From Methanobacteriota archaeon (GTDB lineage: Archaea > Thermoplasmatota > Poseidoniia > Poseidoniales > Poseidoniaceae), in assembly GCA_018650165.1 (NCBI GenBank), contig JABIGM010000045.1, positions 1 to 28,583 of the forward strand: DNA of 28,583 bases, read 5' to 3'. A program made the position numbers and the translations under genes. Below, piece after piece: positions 25,172-28,583 of this stretch. The notes under the pieces were generated by a model. The model saw only the letters and a program-made list of their open reading frames with translations, made no database searches and was not told the DNA's origin. The stretch's first letter is position 1. Each line of letters begins with the position of its first letter.

Positions 25172-27736
25172 GTGAGTGCTACTGATATTGAGCGGCAATT
25201 ACGTGGTCAATCAGCCACCTTCAGGAAGTATTCCTGGCCTATTTTAATTCTTTCAGTTGTACTAACCGCCGGCCTAGTAGCCGATTTAGCCTTTGTTGAC
25301 ACCCCTTCTTTCCATACAGATTTGGCCGATTTCGCTCCGGAATCAGAATCAGCAGATGCCCATGAAAGAATAAGTTCACATTTTACTAACGAAACAAGAC
25401 CAATGTTCGTCCACGTCACTCGAGATGATGGTGGAAACATTCTGGAGATGGACTCTCTCAAAATAATGGACGAGCACCTGCAAACCGTTCAGAATGAAAG
25501 TGTAAGTTTGCAAAATTTAGTTCAAAATTGGATTACAGCCCCCTCTATTCTGCAATTAGCACTAGATGAAGAAGCCAATGGCACTCAATTATCCGAGGTT
25601 CAAAGTTGGGAAGAAATGCTAAACTTGGTTCTCGATGTAAATGAATCGGACTGCCCAGGTGATGTGTCTAAGCAAAGAGAAGTTGCTCAATTCATTCTTG
25701 ATGGAATGCTCAACAAGGACTTTGATGGTACCAATATTTGTGTTTGGATTGAGAGTAATGGAGTGAATGGCTCTGCAATAATGAATGCATCATCTACACT
25801 TTGGATACTGGAAGTCGACCCGAATCTCTCAACGGAGGAGCGTAAAGTCAAGGAAAACCAGTTACGAGATTTATTCCATCAACTCAGTGATGAGTCTGAA
25901 TTGAATTATGGCGTGGCCTCGCTAGATCTGATTTCCCACGACATAGATGAAGGTACATTTGACAACCTAGCAACGCTCATTCTACTTGCAGTATTAGTTG
26001 TAGTAGTTCTACTTGCAATCGCATTTAGAAGTGTCAAAGGTGTTGTATTTCCTCTTGTAGGACTTTCATTTGCACTAATTTGGACGTATGGTATTCTCAA
26101 CCTTTCAGGTGCGAGATTTACTGCTTTAGAAGTAGCTGTAGCACCATTGGTACTAGGACTTGGAATCGATTATTCTATTCATTTACAACGAAGGTACAAT
26201 GTGTTCCGAAGTGAATTGGATGATGCTGCAGAATCATGGTTGGCATCCTGCGCACGTCTATCGACACCACTTGGTCTTGCAGTAATTACGACTGTAGCAG
26301 CATTCCTTGCAAATATAATTTCACCATTACCACCGTTAGAAACATTTGGTATAGCGTTAGCAATTGGAGTATTATCTGCATTCATTAACGCAACAGTTGT
26401 TGTTGGAGCGTTGCACGTAGTTCTTGATTCGCCAAGCAATAAGCCACCGGCTGAACCAATCAGAATGCCACGTCTAGCAAAGAAGTTGGTAGATTTGCAG
26501 AGAACACAACAAGCAATTGTGTTCATAGCAGCCCTGATTATTTCTGGAGCATCAATTATCGGAGCAATCGGCCTTGAAACCGAATTCGACTTGACAGATT
26601 TCCTTGATGAGGACATGGAAATAATGTCAGTGAGAGATAATCTCGATACCAGTTACGAAAGTGCAGGCTGGAAAGTAGTCTATGTGCTAATGGAGCCTAC
26701 TGAAGGAAGTGAGGAGATCAATTCAGATTTCAAACTCCTAAATGAAATGCGGGGTTTACATGGAGATTTGGCCAATAATCACGATGTAGTGGGTGGTGGA
26801 GGCACTGATGCAAGTCCATCTTATGAGGGTCCATACAAGGTTCTGTATGACGCTGTTGACAACGATGTAATGTTTGGTGAAAGATATGGTCTGGTCATTA
26901 CCGGAGGGGACTTACGCCGGGGTGATGCAGGGTCTTTTGATTTGGGCGCAGCATTTGTTAATCTCTCAGAAAATAATTCGGTAGCAGACCCATTCACCGG
27001 TGACTCTTGGGCAGAAAGAATCGAAAACACAGTTCATCTGGATGGAGATAAGATTGTTCATATCAGAATTGAAGTGAGGGTTGATGCCTCAACCTCGAGT
27101 GAAACCAGCCGTATTGTTGAGTGGTTTGAAAATGAACTAGGCAGCGAAGACGACTCTGGTAAAATGCGTAGTGAATTATCTAGTTCTGCTAAAGTGTATG
27201 TCACTGGCGACTTAGTTGCTCTGCAAAATGTACTCGATGGAATGAATTCATCTCAACTGTCATCAACTGCAATCTCGTTTGCAGTATCATTCACTGTACT
27301 CATTGTTCTTACCAGAAGGGCGGTCCCTGCTTTGGTAGTCTTGACTCCTGTTGTTCTAGCAACATTATGGGTTGTAGGCTCAATGGTCATTCTCTCCCTC
27401 AAATGGAATGTCCTCACAGTGATGGTTACTGCACTCTCGCTTGGAATCGGTATAGATTATTCCATTCATATGTGGCGTAGGTTTGAGGCTGAACAAAGTA
27501 AAACCGATGATGTTTGGAAAGCTCTTGAAGAGACTATCTCTACAACAGGTGTTGCATTAGTCCTTTCTGCAGGAACTACTGCCCTCGGGTTCCTTGTTTT
27601 GTTATTCTCCCCAATGCCAGTTGTACAGCAATTCGGATTGGTAACTGCGCTTACAGTGACATTTTCTCTAATACTTACAGTGGTTGTATTACCAGTTTTG
27701 TTGATGATGGCAGAAAATACATCACGACGCGAGTGA
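25172..27736 (+). CDS. MMPL/RND-family transporter (HAE3-like), copy 2
   Basis: Motifs GLGIDYSIH and GIGIDYSIH; two TM bundles with large extracytoplasmic loops; VTG before the second bundle; GTG start with TTTTGT at -29. Confidence 0.92.
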   Translation: MSATDIERQLRGQSATFRKYSWPILILSVVLTAGLVADLAFVDTPSFHTDLADFAPESESADAHERISSHFTNETRPMFVHVTRDDGGNILEMDSLKIMDEHLQTVQNESVSLQNLVQNWITAPSILQLALDEEANGTQLSEVQSWEEMLNLVLDVNESDCPGDVSKQREVAQFILDGMLNKDFDGTNICVWIESNGVNGSAIMNASSTLWILEVDPNLSTEERKVKENQLRDLFHQLSDESELNYGVASLDLISHDIDEGTFDNLATLILLAVLVVVVLLAIAFRSVKGVVFPLVGLSFALIWTYGILNLSGARFTALEVAVAPLVLGLGIDYSIHLQRRYNVFRSELDDAAESWLASCARLSTPLGLAVITTVAAFLANIISPLPPLETFGIALAIGVLSAFINATVVVGALHVVLDSPSNKPPAEPIRMPRLAKKLVDLQRTQQAIVFIAALIISGASIIGAIGLETEFDLTDFLDEDMEIMSVRDNLDTSYESAGWKVVYVLMEPTEGSEEINSDFKLLNEMRGLHGDLANNHDVVGGGGTDASPSYEGPYKVLYDAVDNDVMFGERYGLVITGGDLRRGDAGSFDLGAAFVNLSENNSVADPFTGDSWAERIENTVHLDGDKIVHIRIEVRVDASTSSETSRIVEWFENELGSEDDSGKMRSELSSSAKVYVTGDLVALQNVLDGMNSSQLSSTAISFAVSFTVLIVLTRRAVPALVVLTPVVLATLWVVGSMVILSLKWNVLTVMVTALSLGIGIDYSIHMWRRFEAEQSKTDDVWKALEETISTTGVALVLSAGTTALGFLVLLFSPMPVVQQFGLVTALTVTFSLILTVVVLPVLLMMAENTSRRE

Positions 27737-28273
27737 ATTGATAATCGTACTCATTTCAAGACCTTGTTCACGGCTGATTAAGCATAACGCTAGCCAAATC
27801 GTACAGTACCGCAAAGCCTTGACCTTACGCTCCGCCCTTCGCCTAACCTCTGCGCTTTCAATACCTGCTTGCCTGGCAATATAGCGAATCAGTCTTTTCT
27901 CTACCTTTGCTCGAGGATCGCCTTCAACAATATCCTCGCTGGGCTTGACTACAGGCTGAGGAACTATTGCAACTGGTGGTTGTTCGACAATGAATGCTTC
28001 ATTGACAACAGGGTCCGTCAACCGCGATGGTCTGGGTTGCCAACCGAGGGGCGCTCTGATATTTTTCAACTCACAATTGGGGGATAATATTCCCGCGTCA
28101 TCCTTGATCCATCCTGCGAATATTAGGGCTTTGATAGCATCATGAGCAGTGTCGGTATCCATCCACCCCATGTCAAATGAAAGAACTCGCTCTAAATCAT
28201 CCGATGACTGGCAATCACCCATCCGAAAGCAAATCGCCAGTACACGCTTGATGTCCTCTGACTCGACTGACAT
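27722..28273 (-). CDS. DUF2240-like archaeal conserved protein
   Basis: N-terminal LSFDMGWM..D.A...I..L...GWI pattern, Pro-rich linker, C-terminal helical domain. Confidence 0.7.
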   Translation of the reverse strand: MSVESEDIKRVLAICFRMGDCQSSDDLERVLSFDMGWMDTDTAHDAIKALIFAGWIKDDAGILSPNCELKNIRAPLGWQPRPSRLTDPVVNEAFIVEQPPVAIVPQPVVKPSEDIVEGDPRAKVEKRLIRYIARQAGIESAEVRRRAERKVKALRYCTIWLALCLISREQGLEMSTIINSLAS

Positions 28274-28279
28274 CAGTTC

Positions 28280-28582
28280 TCACTCCAACTTAGAAAACGA
28301 ACCATCTTCTTCAAGTTTCCAGCGCCCGATGTTATCTCCAAAGTAGAAGGTTCCTTCAGTGAGGTATTCATATTCACCACCGCCTGGTAATGATTCAAAC
28401 GATGATACACTTTCAGGTTGATGTTCGCTACGACCAGGTAATTGACTCAAACTCAATTTTGCCATAGCATCAGAAATATCTACTGCAGGAGCATCGACTG
28501 AGACATTTACCGGCTTAGATGGAGGACCCTTCTTTGGTTTAGTCGCAGGTGGTGGGCCACTTTTATTGCGAGACTCCATTGG
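28280..28582 (-). CDS. C-terminal part of a protein that starts beyond the window end (Pro-rich linker, LPGGGEY..W.LEEDGSF tail)
   Basis: Frame stays open up to the window edge (CCA codon before ATG 28579); stop lies 6 nt from the DUF2240-like start. Confidence 0.7.
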   Translation of the reverse strand, partial: PMESRNKSGPPPATKPKKGPPSKPVNVSVDAPAVDISDAMAKLSLSQLPGRSEHQPESVSSFESLPGGGEYEYLTEGTFYFGDNIGRWKLEEDGSFSKLE

Positions 28583-28583
28583 G

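Noticed and set aside
1-28583. CRISPR arrays, transposases, inteins, tRNA introns, frameshifted or recoded genes
   Set aside because: No periodic repeats, mobile-element motifs or interrupted reading frames were noticed; the recognised genes look full length.
1-28583. ATCGAT as a highly iterated palindrome
   Set aside because: It is frequent by eye but only modestly above what base composition would give; a proper k-mer count is needed before any claim.

Overview
Gene-dense archaeal chromosomal window, most likely from a marine Thermoplasmatota genome such as Ca. Poseidoniales / Marine Group II. The lineage is inferred from the archaeal RpoL, EF-1beta, DUF1610 zinc finger, Pyrococcus/Thermoplasmata-type AsnRS, type A RNase P RNA and a large membrane-anchored surface protein. 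Housekeeping content: tRNA-Pro(UGG), tRNA-Lys(CUU), RNase P RNA (absent from the ORF track), asnS, rpiA, carbamate kinase, rlmE, single-OB SSB, DUF1610 Zn-finger plus EF-1beta, truD, rpoL and a DUF2240-like gene. Interleaved with these is a concentration of cell-envelope genes: two MMPL/RND (HAE3-like) transporters, two intact GT2 glycosyltransferases and one catalytically eroded GT2 paralog, a nucleotide-sugar epimerase, three membrane-anchored CxxC thioredoxin-fold proteins, a VKOR, a His-rich metal-binding protein and a ~1600-aa surface protein whose cysteines all occur in local pairs. The best candidate for a new system is a translationally coupled epimerase-TlpA-like-VKOR-His protein operon within a wider envelope oxidative-folding/glycosylation/lipid-export neighbourhood. 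Other notable signals are a non-canonical TT(C/G)A(T/A)N TATA-like box about 29 nt before many start codons (implying leaderless mRNAs), a recurring S-E-E-E-stop tail on unrelated membrane proteins, and a zinc finger that has lost one of its two pockets. No integrase, transposase or CRISPR array was seen. All family assignments come from motif recognition by eye, not database searches.
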